The notes under the pieces are model-generated. The model had not been told where the DNA came from, did not search any database, and saw only the letters and a program-made list of their open reading frames with translations. Positions 18,096-26,276 of a stretch of DNA of 64,000 nt are shown here, piece after piece. Every line of letters starts with the position of its first letter. Positions within the stretch are counted from its first letter, which is position 1. The DNA comes from an uncultured delta proteobacterium. Lineage in GTDB: Bacteria; Myxococcota; Myxococcia; Myxococcales; Anaeromyxobacteraceae. The stretch lies in assembly GCA_963845515.1 (NCBI GenBank), contig CAWJSR010000055.1, positions 128,001 to 192,000 on the forward strand, in the 5' to 3' direction. The translations under genes and the position numbers were made by a program.

Positions 18096-18987
18096 GGTGT
18101 TCCTCCTTCTCGGCCTTGCCGTGGCCCGTGTCGCCTGAGGACTCTTCCTTCTCCTTGCCGTGGGTCATCGCGTAGATCCCCATCAGGAGCGGCGGCCACA
18201 GGGTCATGACGAACGGCGGAGCGCCGAGCGCGCCGGTGACGAGGTCCGGGTACGCCCGGGTCCCGACGTCGGAGGAGAGGCCGAGCCGCTCGAACGGGAC
18301 GTCGGTCAGGTAGAGCCAGCTCGTGCCGCCGGCCTCCAGCTCCCCGTACAGGTGGTGCACGTAGCGATCGGGGTTCTGGTAGATGCGGGTCTTGGCGACG
18401 TCGATCAGCTCGCTGCGCTTCCCGAAGAGGAGAGCACCGGACGGGCAGACCTCGGCGCAGGCCGGGCCCTTCCCCTCCGCCTGGCGCGCCGCGCAGAAGG
18501 TGCACTTCCGGACGCGGGGCACGTTGCTCTCGTACTCGTACTTCGGGACGTCGAACGGGCAGGCGATCATGCAGTAGCGGCAGCCCATGCAGCGGGACGC
18601 GTCGTAGGTGACCGGCCCCGTGGGCAGCTTGACCATCGCCTGGACCGGGCATGCAGACGCGCACGCGGGGGCCACGCAGTGCATGCACTGGCGCTTCACG
18701 AACCGGTCGACTCCCGGCTCCTTCTCGACGCGGTTGACGACGGTGAAGACCTGCTGCGCCGTGTCCCGCTTCTCGTTGAAGACCGCGTCTCCCTCGGCGG
18801 GCGCCGGAAGGCCGTTGGCCTCCGCGCACGCCGCCTCACAGGCACGGCACCCCACGCAGAGGGTCGTGTCGACGAGTACGCCTGGACCGTCCAGGTTCGC
18901 CTCGGCTGCGCGAGCCTCCGTGGTCAGGAGGCTCGCTCCGGCCGTGGCGCCGGCGATTTTGAAGAACCCTCTGCGGGTGACCTTCAT
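18088..18987 (-). CDS. Tat-exported 4x[4Fe-4S] protein (HybA/HmcB/NrfC family) with C-terminal TM
   Basis: TRRGFFK Tat motif; CVGCRACEAAC, CMHCVAPACASACP, CMGCRYCMIACPF, KCTFC...PACAEVCP; YGELEAGGTSWLY. Confidence 0.92.
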   Translation of the reverse strand: MKVTRRGFFKIAGATAGASLLTTEARAAEANLDGPGVLVDTTLCVGCRACEAACAEANGLPAPAEGDAVFNEKRDTAQQVFTVVNRVEKEPGVDRFVKRQCMHCVAPACASACPVQAMVKLPTGPVTYDASRCMGCRYCMIACPFDVPKYEYESNVPRVRKCTFCAARQAEGKGPACAEVCPSGALLFGKRSELIDVAKTRIYQNPDRYVHHLYGELEAGGTSWLYLTDVPFERLGLSSDVGTRAYPDLVTGALGAPPFVMTLWPPLLMGIYAMTHGKEKEESSGDTGHGKAEKEEHHG

Positions 18988-19016
18988 GGCTGGCTCCGTC
19001 TGGATCGTCCGTGACG

Positions 19017-19091
19017 CTAGCGGGCGGCGACCAGGTTGAGGGTTCCGATGACGACGACGCCGATGAGCGCGATGGCGAATGCGAACATCAT
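19017..19091 (-). CDS. Putative 24-aa single-TM microprotein MMFAFAIALIGVVVIGTLNLVAAR
   Basis: ATG overlaps the upstream TGA (ATGA coupling), GGGAG RBS, almost entirely hydrophobic, GC3-rich codons; below the ORF-track size cut-off. Confidence 0.55.
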   Translation of the reverse strand: MMFAFAIALIGVVVIGTLNLVAAR

Positions 19092-19303
19092 GACTGAGCT
19101 CCCTTCACGGTTGAGGTTTCGCTTCCCTCGACCTCGGCCGACTTGCCGCTTCGGGCGAGCGCTTCCCTGTAGAGCGGACAGTCACAGAAGGCATCCGACC
19201 CACAGGAGTTCGCCGTGGTGACTCGATCGACCGGGACGAGCTTCTTCACCGGGTAGGCTCGACAGAAGACCATCGTGACTTCCTTGAGGTAGGGGCAGGT
19301 CAT
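19088..19303 (-). CDS. Small Cys-rich protein (71 aa), first gene of the redox operon
   Basis: MTCPYLKEVTMVFCRAYPVKKLVP...SCGSDAFCDCPLY; GGGAG RBS; directly downstream of a sigma54 site. Confidence 0.65.
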   Translation of the reverse strand: MTCPYLKEVTMVFCRAYPVKKLVPVDRVTTANSCGSDAFCDCPLYREALARSGKSAEVEGSETSTVKGAQS

Positions 19304-19328
19304 TGTCGCGTCTCCCGATGTGGTGAAT

Positions 19329-19345
19329 CGCAAGCCAGAGGCCAG
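19329..19345 (-). promoter_or_regulatory. sigma54 (-24/-12) promoter of the redox operon
   Basis: Minus strand CTGGCCTCTGGCTTGCG = TGGC-N7-TTGC, 25 nt before ATG 19303, next to a sigma54 activator gene. Confidence 0.7.
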
Positions 19346-19579
19346 CTTTGGCCCGATCGCGGGATCGGGCGCGCCCCCACCAGTTCCCGGAGTGAACTCG
19401 CAATGTTGAGCTGGCTGCGCGCCGGCGCACGCGGGATCGCGCGACAGGCCGGCACTCGGTGAGTGATGAGAAATCCAACGCCTGAATGCGCCAAGGCCGC
19501 GCCCACTCTCAGTGGTTACGCGGCCTTGGAGGGTGTCGAGAGCCTTACGTGGAGGATCTCAACGGTGAGGAGTAACTCA

Positions 19580-20989
19580 TCAGCGCGACGAGTCCTCCTC
19601 CGTCTTCACCACCTCGTCCTCGCCGTCCCTGCGGATCCCGTAGCGCTTCATCTTGTTGTAGAGCGTGACGCGGTCGATGCCGAGGATGCGCGCAGATTGG
19701 CTCACGTTGCCGCCGGTGTGGGCGAGGACGGCCGCGACGTGCCGCCGCTCCATGTCCTCGAGGGACGCGAGCGGGCCCGCCTTGGGCGCCGCCCCCTCCC
19801 CCTTCGCTTCGGTCCCGCCCATCCCCAGGTCGTGGAGCTGCAGGACGGGCCCCTGCGCGACCACGGCGCCACGCTCGAGCACGTTCCGCAGCTCGCGGAC
19901 GTTCCCTGGCCAGTCGTGCGCCATGATGGCCGCCATCGCCTCGGACGAGATCCCGTCGAGCCGCTTCTTCATCTCCACCGCGAGCCGCTCCAGGATCGAG
20001 TCGACGAGGAGCGGCAGGTCCTCCCGGCGCTGGCGCAGCGGCGGCAGCGTGATCGGGATGACGTTCAGCCGGTAGAAGAGGTCCTCGCGGAACTTGCCCT
20101 CCGCGACGGCCCGCCGCAGGTCCTTGTTGGTCGCCGCGATGATCCTGACATCCACCTCGATGTTCTCGTTCCCGCCGATCCGGTGGAACTTGCGCTCCTC
20201 GAGGACCCGCAGGAGGTCGAGCTGTAGCTTCCCGCCGATGTCGCCGATCTCGTCGAGGAAGAGCGTGCCGCCGTGGGCCGCCTCGAACTTCCCCTTCCGG
20301 CGCGCGGAGGCCCCCGTGAAGGACCCCTTCTCGTGGCCGAAGAGCTCCGACTCGAGGAGGCTCTCGGTGAGCGCCGCGCACGACACGGCGACGAAGGCCC
20401 CCTCCGCTCGCGGGCTCTCGGCGTGGATGGACCGGGCGAGGACCTCCTTGCCGGAGCCGCTCTCCCCGAGCACCAGGATCGTGGAGTTGGAGCGCGCGGC
20501 GGTCTTCGCCAGCTCGAAGACCGACTGCATCGCGGGGCTCTTCGAGACGAGGTCCCGGAAGCGGTACTCGCGCTTGAGCGCCTGGCGCAGGACCGCGTTC
20601 TCCCGCAGCAGGCTCTGCTGCGAGACGATCTTCTGCATCATCAGGGTGAGCTCCTCGGGGTCGAAGGGCTTCACCAGGTAGTCGTAGGCTCCCTTCTTCA
20701 TGGCGGCCACGGCGGTGTCCACCGTCGCGTAGGCGGTCATGATGACGAAGGCGACGTCGGGCTGGATCTTCTTCGCCTCGTCAAGGACCTGCAGCCCGTC
20801 CATCCCGGGCATCTTGAGATCCGCGACGACGATGGACCAGCGCTCCGCCTTGAGCTTCTGCACGGCGCTCGGGCCGTCGGGGGCGAGGGCGACGGTGTAG
20901 CCGTCCTTCTCCAGCCACCCTCCCAGCGACTCGCGGACGATCTCCTCGTCGTCCACCACCAGGATCCTCGTCCTATCATTGGTCGACAT
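19580..20989 (-). CDS. sigma54-dependent response regulator (NtrC/AtoC family: REC, AAA+, Fis HTH)
   Basis: ILVVDDE, DLKMPGMDG, GESGSGKE, ESELFGHEKGSFTGA, LFLDEIG, WPGNVREL, SARILGIDRVTLYNK. Confidence 0.95.
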   Translation of the reverse strand: MSTNDRTRILVVDDEEIVRESLGGWLEKDGYTVALAPDGPSAVQKLKAERWSIVVADLKMPGMDGLQVLDEAKKIQPDVAFVIMTAYATVDTAVAAMKKGAYDYLVKPFDPEELTLMMQKIVSQQSLLRENAVLRQALKREYRFRDLVSKSPAMQSVFELAKTAARSNSTILVLGESGSGKEVLARSIHAESPRAEGAFVAVSCAALTESLLESELFGHEKGSFTGASARRKGKFEAAHGGTLFLDEIGDIGGKLQLDLLRVLEERKFHRIGGNENIEVDVRIIAATNKDLRRAVAEGKFREDLFYRLNVIPITLPPLRQRREDLPLLVDSILERLAVEMKKRLDGISSEAMAAIMAHDWPGNVRELRNVLERGAVVAQGPVLQLHDLGMGGTEAKGEGAAPKAGPLASLEDMERRHVAAVLAHTGGNVSQSARILGIDRVTLYNKMKRYGIRRDGEDEVVKTEEDSSR

Positions 20990-20991
20990 GG

Positions 20992-21537
20992 CTAGTTCCC
21001 TCCTCGCGCTTCCCAGAGCCTCGCGGCGCAGTCCTCGCAGAGCTCCGCCCGTTTGGAATCGACGTCGTGGACGCCGCCGCTCCGACCCATCACGCAGACC
21101 GGCGTCGCGCAGTGCATCAGCCCGAAGACGTGGCCGAGCTCGTGGACGGCCTCCTTCACCAGCCGGTCCTCCAGGAGCTTCGGGCCGGCCAGCTCCACGT
21201 CCTCCATCAGCCGCGCGGTCGAGACCACCGCCACCCGCCCGCCCAGCTGGGCCTCGCCGAACACGTAGGTGAGGATCGGGATGAAGAGATCCTTGTCGGT
21301 GATCCCCAGGAGCCGGCCGCCGCCGGGTCCCGCGTCCAGGAGCCACTTCAGCACCTTCCCGGAGGCCCACTGGTTGCGCCGCGGGTCGTACGCGTCGGCC
21401 GGGCGCTCGCGACCTTCCCAGAGCGCGACCGGGATGTCGAAGAGCCCGACGAGGGCGAGGCGCAGGTGATCCATCAAGGCTGGATCCACCTCCCTCTCAC
21501 CAATCCACCAGAGGAAGATCGGCTCCTCGCCGTCCAT
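20992..21537 (-). CDS. Archaemetzincin (peptidase M54) zinc metalloprotease
   Basis: AYDPRRNQW, DLFIPILTYVFGEAQLGG, KEAVHELGHVFGLMHC...CVM...LCEDC. Confidence 0.9.
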   Translation of the reverse strand: MDGEEPIFLWWIGEREVDPALMDHLRLALVGLFDIPVALWEGRERPADAYDPRRNQWASGKVLKWLLDAGPGGGRLLGITDKDLFIPILTYVFGEAQLGGRVAVVSTARLMEDVELAGPKLLEDRLVKEAVHELGHVFGLMHCATPVCVMGRSGGVHDVDSKRAELCEDCAARLWEARGGN

Positions 21538-21569
21538 GACCTCTCCCCGGGGTGTGTGCAGTCGAAAGT

Positions 21570-21611
21570 CCTCCCCTCTCCCCCACCGGGGGAGAGGGCG
21601 GGGTGAGGGGG
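21570..21611. repeat. REP-like palindromic element (reverse orientation)
   Basis: cctcccctctcccccaccgggggagagggcggggtgaggggg. Confidence 0.7.
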
Positions 21612-21624
21612 CAGCCGTGGCGCA

Positions 21625-23346
21625 TCACGCCCTGCGCTCCCCGGCGGCGTGCACCGGGAGCCGGATGGCCACCCGGGTCCCCTTGCCCGGCTCGGACGTC
21701 AGATCTATGTGGCCTCCGTGGCGCTCGATGATGCCATAGACGACCGAGAGGCCGAGGCCGGTCCCCTTCTCCTTCGTGGTGAAGAACGGGTCGAAGACGT
21801 GCGCCATCACCTCCGGCGTGATCCCGGGGCCGCTGTCGGAGATGGCGATCTCCACCTCGTGACCGTCCTTCACCACCGAGGTGTCGATCGTCAGCTTCCC
21901 GCCGAGCGCCATCGCCTCGCAGGCGTTCATGATGACGTTGACGATCGCCTGCCGAAGCTGGCCGAAGTCGCCGTCGACCCTCGGGAGGGGCTGGCTGTTC
22001 CGCTCGACGCGCACGTTCTGGATCCCGAGCTGGTTGGCGAGGAGCTGGAGCGCCTCCTCGACGACCCCCGACGGATCGATCTCGGCCACCGCCAGCGGCC
22101 GCTCGCGCGCGAAGTCCAGGAGGTTGCGGACGATGGCGGTGCAGCGCTCCGCCTCGCGCTCCACCAGGTGGAGGTTCTTCACGAGGGTCTTGCGCGTGGC
22201 GTCGTCGGGGGTGCCGGCGTCGAGCGTCCGGACGAGCAGCTTCGCGAAGGTGAGGATGCCCGCGAGCGGGTTGTTGATCTCGTGGGCGATCGAGGCGGAG
22301 AGCTTGCCGAGCGACGAGAGCTTCTCGCTCCGGATCAGCTGGTCCTGCGCCGTCCGGAGGGCGGCGGTCCGGTCCTCGACCTTCCGCTCGAGGACCGCCA
22401 TCAGCGCCTTCAGCTCCTCCTCCGTCTGGCGGAGCGAGCGCGTCATGTCGTTGAAGGAGGTGGCGAGCAGCCCCAGCTCGCCGGACCAGGTGACGGGGAT
22501 CTCGATGTCGAGCTGGTCGCGCGCGACGCGGCGGGTCGCCTGGACGAGCGAGGCCACCGGCATCACGACGTGTGCTCGCGTGAAGAGCCAGAAGCCGACG
22601 CCCAGCAGCCCGGCGATGAGCGCAGCCACCACGAGCGACTCCCAGCGGAACGAGGCCGCCGCCAGGTCGGCCCGCTCCAGCGAGATCTCAACGTCGAGCA
22701 CCCCGAGGACCTTCTGGTCGGTCGGGTGGGCGTGGCAGGCGGCGGAGGAGCAGGCCGCCTCGTTGTAGAGGGGGGCGACGATCCCCAGGATCCGGTGGCT
22801 CGGCCCCGCGAACGTGCGCGTCCGCTCCTTCAGCGACGGGTGGGAGAGCGCCTCCCCCTCGGCGTGGCAGAGCGAGCAGGCCTCCGCGTTCCGGTCGACG
22901 AGCTGGTCGATCTCGCCGCGGTCGGTCGAGAAGGTGACGCGCCCGTTCGCGTCCATCATGCGCACCTTCTCGATGCCGTTCTGGCGCGCGACGTCCTCCA
23001 TGATGACGTAGGCGTCGGGGCGGCGATCCTGGAGCATGGCCCGGTGGATCGAGCTGCGCAGCGTGGAGGAGAGCAGGTCCGACTCCTCGGCCACCTGCTC
23101 CTGGAGCCTGGACTGGACGCGGAATTCGGCGATGGCGAAGGCGCCCACCGTCGCGAGGCTGGCGACGACGATCCCGCCCATCATCCGGACCGAGAGCCGC
23201 TGGTGCCAGGGGATGACGAAGCCGACGTCGCTCAGCGTGCTCGGCCGGATGGCGCGCGCGAGCCGATCCATCTGACCGGCCTCGCCGCCGGCGCCGCCCG
23301 GAGGGGACGCCGCCGCTGGTCGCGCGGGCTGCGCTGGGTCGGACAC
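21625..23346 (-). CDS. NtrB-type sensor histidine kinase with periplasmic heme-c motifs and HAMP
   Basis: CSLCH and CSSAACH in the periplasmic region; LSASIAHEINNPL, NACEAM, DSGPG, FDPFFTTKEKGTGLGL. Confidence 0.92.
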   Translation of the reverse strand: MSDPAQPARPAAASPPGGAGGEAGQMDRLARAIRPSTLSDVGFVIPWHQRLSVRMMGGIVVASLATVGAFAIAEFRVQSRLQEQVAEESDLLSSTLRSSIHRAMLQDRRPDAYVIMEDVARQNGIEKVRMMDANGRVTFSTDRGEIDQLVDRNAEACSLCHAEGEALSHPSLKERTRTFAGPSHRILGIVAPLYNEAACSSAACHAHPTDQKVLGVLDVEISLERADLAAASFRWESLVVAALIAGLLGVGFWLFTRAHVVMPVASLVQATRRVARDQLDIEIPVTWSGELGLLATSFNDMTRSLRQTEEELKALMAVLERKVEDRTAALRTAQDQLIRSEKLSSLGKLSASIAHEINNPLAGILTFAKLLVRTLDAGTPDDATRKTLVKNLHLVEREAERCTAIVRNLLDFARERPLAVAEIDPSGVVEEALQLLANQLGIQNVRVERNSQPLPRVDGDFGQLRQAIVNVIMNACEAMALGGKLTIDTSVVKDGHEVEIAISDSGPGITPEVMAHVFDPFFTTKEKGTGLGLSVVYGIIERHGGHIDLTSEPGKGTRVAIRLPVHAAGERRA

Positions 23347-23516
23347 CTTGCCCCCTGCTGGAGAGTGCGCATCACTGGACGTGCACGAACATCGTCATCC
23401 ATCGTACCAGCGTTGAACATTGCTACTCATCAACCCATTGTTCAATTTCTCGTCGGTGTGCGTGCTCGCGCACCCGAAGGATTGACCCACTGCCGGATCC
23501 TGCTAGAGATCGCCCC

Positions 23517-24378
23517 GTGACAGACCCCCGCGCCGTCCTCCTCGTACAGTGCGCCGATCGGCCAGGCCTCATCGCGGCCATCTCATCCTTCCTCTTCAGG
23601 CACGGCGCGAACATCATCGACTTCGACCAGCACACCTCGTCGGAGAACGGCGGCGTCTACTTCACGCGGCTCGAGTTCCAGACCGGCAAGGTCGACCTGC
23701 CCCTGGACGACCTCACGAAGGCCTTCGAGCTGGACGTCGCGCGCCCGTTCGCCATGGACTGGCGGCTGACCGACTCCACGCGGCGTAAGCGGGTCGCGGT
23801 GCTGGTGTCGAAGCACGACCACGCGATGCTGGAGCTGCTCTGGACCTGGAAGCGTGGCGACCTGCACGCGGACGTCACCACCGTCATCTCGAATCACCCC
23901 GACCTCGAGGACGCGGTCCGCGGGTTCGGCGTCCCCTTCCTGCACGTCCCGAACTCGAAGGAGACGCGCGCGGCCGCCGAGGAGAGGATCCAGGGGGCGC
24001 TCGAGGGCAAGGCCGACCTGGTGGTCCTCGCGCGCTACATGCAGATCGTCTCGGCCGACTTCGTCCGGCGCTGGCCCCACCGGATCATCAACATCCACCA
24101 CTCCTTCCTCCCGGCCTTCATCGGCGCGGATCCGTATCGGCAGGCCTACGACCGCGGCGTGAAGGTCGTCGGGGCGACCGCCCACTACGTGACGGAGGAG
24201 CTGGACGCCGGGCCGATCATCGACCAGGACGTCGGCCGTGTGACCCACCGTGACGAGGTGGAGGATCTCGAAGTCGATCGGCCGCGACCTCGAGCGCCGC
24301 GTGCTGGTCCGCGCGGTGCGCTGGCACTGCGAGGACCGCGTGATCGTCCACGGGAACAAGACGGTGGTGTTCGCGTAG
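23517..24378 (+). CDS. purU: Formyltetrahydrofolate deformylase (frameshift near 24272)
   Basis: [55 protein letters not shown]; shifted frame ends [16 protein letters not shown]...GNKTVVFA*. Confidence 0.93.
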
Positions 24379-24398
24379 ACGCCGTACCCGTGGTCGCT

Positions 24399-24437
24399 CC
24401 CTCACCCTTCCCCTCTCCCTCGATGAGGGAGAGGGGA
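24399..24437. repeat. REP-like palindromic element
   Basis: ccctcacccttcccctctccctcgatgagggagagggga between convergent genes. Confidence 0.7.
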
Positions 24438-24474
24438 CGTCACCATGGGTGGGACCTTCGCCTCGCGAGCGACG

Positions 24475-25032
24475 TCAGCTGTCGTCGTCCACGCACGGCG
24501 AGGCCTCGGCGGTGCCGAAGCACGCGTCGATCGCCGCCTTCGCGGCCTCGCGGGTGGCGGCGCTCTCGGCACCGCGCGTCGAGAGCTGGCTGACGAGCAG
24601 ATCGCACCCCTCACCACCGAAGCACTGGTCGCACCAGGTCTCGGGGTGGTTCTTGTAGAAGCCGGGGCTGCAGTCGGCCGTCGCCGGCCCGCAGCCGGGC
24701 GCGTCGACCTCGATGACGCCGAAGTCGACCTGCCAGGTGGGCTCGCCGCAGAACGCGGCCCCGAGGTCGAGGATCCCGTCTCCGGCCGCCGTCAGGTCGA
24801 GGCTGGACGAGTACGTGCCCGGAGCGACGAAGGAGGTGAAGCTGCCGCTCTCGCCAGTGTCCGCCGATACCGTCCCGCCGTCGCCGGTGAGCGTCACCGT
24901 CACGCCGGACACTGGAGCGAGCGTGCCGACGCAGACGACGGCGCCCTGGACGTAGCAGGCCCAGGCCGCGGTGCCCCACGTCATCACGCTCACCACTGCT
25001 GCAGCCAGGATTCCTCGAATCAAGCCGGTCAT
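24475..25032 (-). CDS. Secreted Cys-rich acidic hypothetical protein
   Basis: GGAGG RBS; signal peptide ending AWA; SdrD/Cna-B-like N-half (GVTVTLTG...TGESGSFT); CSPGFYKNHPETWC motif. Confidence 0.7.
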   Translation of the reverse strand: MTGLIRGILAAAVVSVMTWGTAAWACYVQGAVVCVGTLAPVSGVTVTLTGDGGTVSADTGESGSFTSFVAPGTYSSSLDLTAAGDGILDLGAAFCGEPTWQVDFGVIEVDAPGCGPATADCSPGFYKNHPETWCDQCFGGEGCDLLVSQLSTRGAESAATREAAKAAIDACFGTAEASPCVDDDS

Positions 25033-25202
25033 GTGGTCCTCCCCCTCTATTGAATGCGCGCTAGCGATCAACGCGTGTGGGGAGATTACCGCCATGTAGG
25101 ACAGCCCAGGGTCGGCTCAAATGAGCGGTGGTGGCCGTTCTTGTGGGCTCACCTGAAATTGGAGCCCCGTCCAGGGATCGGACCGAGGGGGGAGCTCGCC
25201 GT

Positions 25203-26168
25203 TCACTCCCCCTTGGCCTTCACGATCGCCTCGTCCTCCGGGATGTCGCGGCGCGACCGCCAGATCGAGAGGCCGATCGCGCCGCCGAGCAGCAGGACCA
25301 CCACGGTGAGCGAGGCGAGCGACGGGACGTGGACCCAGCGCGACGCCAGCATCTTCCCGCCGATGAAGACGAGCACCGCGGAGAGGCCGTACTCGAGGTA
25401 GGCGAAGCGATCCATCATCCGGGCGACCGCGAAGAAGAGCGAGCGGAGCCCCAGGATGGCGAAGATGTTCGACGTGAAGACGATGAACGGGTCGAGCGTC
25501 ACGCCGAAGATGGCCGGGATCGAGTCGAGCGCGAAGACGACGTCCGAGATCTCGATCATCGCGAGGGCGAGGAAGAGCGGCGTGGCGACCCAGCGCGCCC
25601 CCTCCCGCACGAAGAACGCGTGGCCGTGGTAGGTGCTCGTCGACGGCACGATCCTGCGCAGCGTCCGGAAGGCCCAGCTCTTCTCGGGGTGCGGCTCGTC
25701 CTCCTCCTTGCGGAGCGCGAGCCGCACGCCGGTCACCACCAGGAACGCCCCGAACACGTAGATGAGCCAGTCGAACCGGGCGAGCAGCGCGGTGCCGCCC
25801 AGGATCATCGCGGCGCGCAGCACGATCGCGCTGAGGATTCCCCAGAACAGGACCCGGTGCTGGTAGATCGCCGGCACCGCGAAGGCGTTGAAGAGCAGGA
25901 TGAAGACGAAGAGGTTGTCGACCGAGAGCGACTCCTCGATCAGGTAGCCCGTGAGGAACTCGAGCGCCTTCCCCGCGCCGTACCGCCACCAGATCCAGCC
26001 GTCGAAGAGGAGCGCCAGCCCGATCCAGACCGCCGTCCAGCGGATGGCGGAGCGCGTGGAGACGACCTCGTCCTTCCGATGGACCAGGAGGAGGTCGACC
26101 GTCAGGAGGACGAGGATGAGCAGGATGAAGCCCGCCCAGAGGAGCGGGGGCGCTGCGATGGGGGTCAT
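25203..26168 (-). CDS. TerC/Alx family membrane protein
   Basis: FLTGYLIEESLSVDNLFVF, QHRVLFWGILSAIVLR, DVVFALDSIPAIFGVTLDPFIVFTSNIFAILGLRSLFF. Confidence 0.93.
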   Translation of the reverse strand: MTPIAAPPLLWAGFILLILVLLTVDLLLVHRKDEVVSTRSAIRWTAVWIGLALLFDGWIWWRYGAGKALEFLTGYLIEESLSVDNLFVFILLFNAFAVPAIYQHRVLFWGILSAIVLRAAMILGGTALLARFDWLIYVFGAFLVVTGVRLALRKEEDEPHPEKSWAFRTLRRIVPSTSTYHGHAFFVREGARWVATPLFLALAMIEISDVVFALDSIPAIFGVTLDPFIVFTSNIFAILGLRSLFFAVARMMDRFAYLEYGLSAVLVFIGGKMLASRWVHVPSLASLTVVVLLLGGAIGLSIWRSRRDIPEDEAIVKAKGE

Positions 26169-26276
26169 CTGTGGTTCCTCGTTCGAGCCGTCTTCTATGG
26201 CGATAGCGCCCCGAAGGACATGAGAATCTTTGCCTTGTGCGCTAGAAGTGTCGTGATCCTCCGCCGCGCCCACGCC

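Noticed and set aside
16875..18987. A NiFe hydrogenase-2 operon
   Set aside because: No small or large hydrogenase subunits or hyp maturation genes are present in the window.
8860..23346. Selenocysteine read-through in the redox genes
   Set aside because: The TGA stops I examined fall at expected protein ends, and several overlap the next start codon (ATGA).
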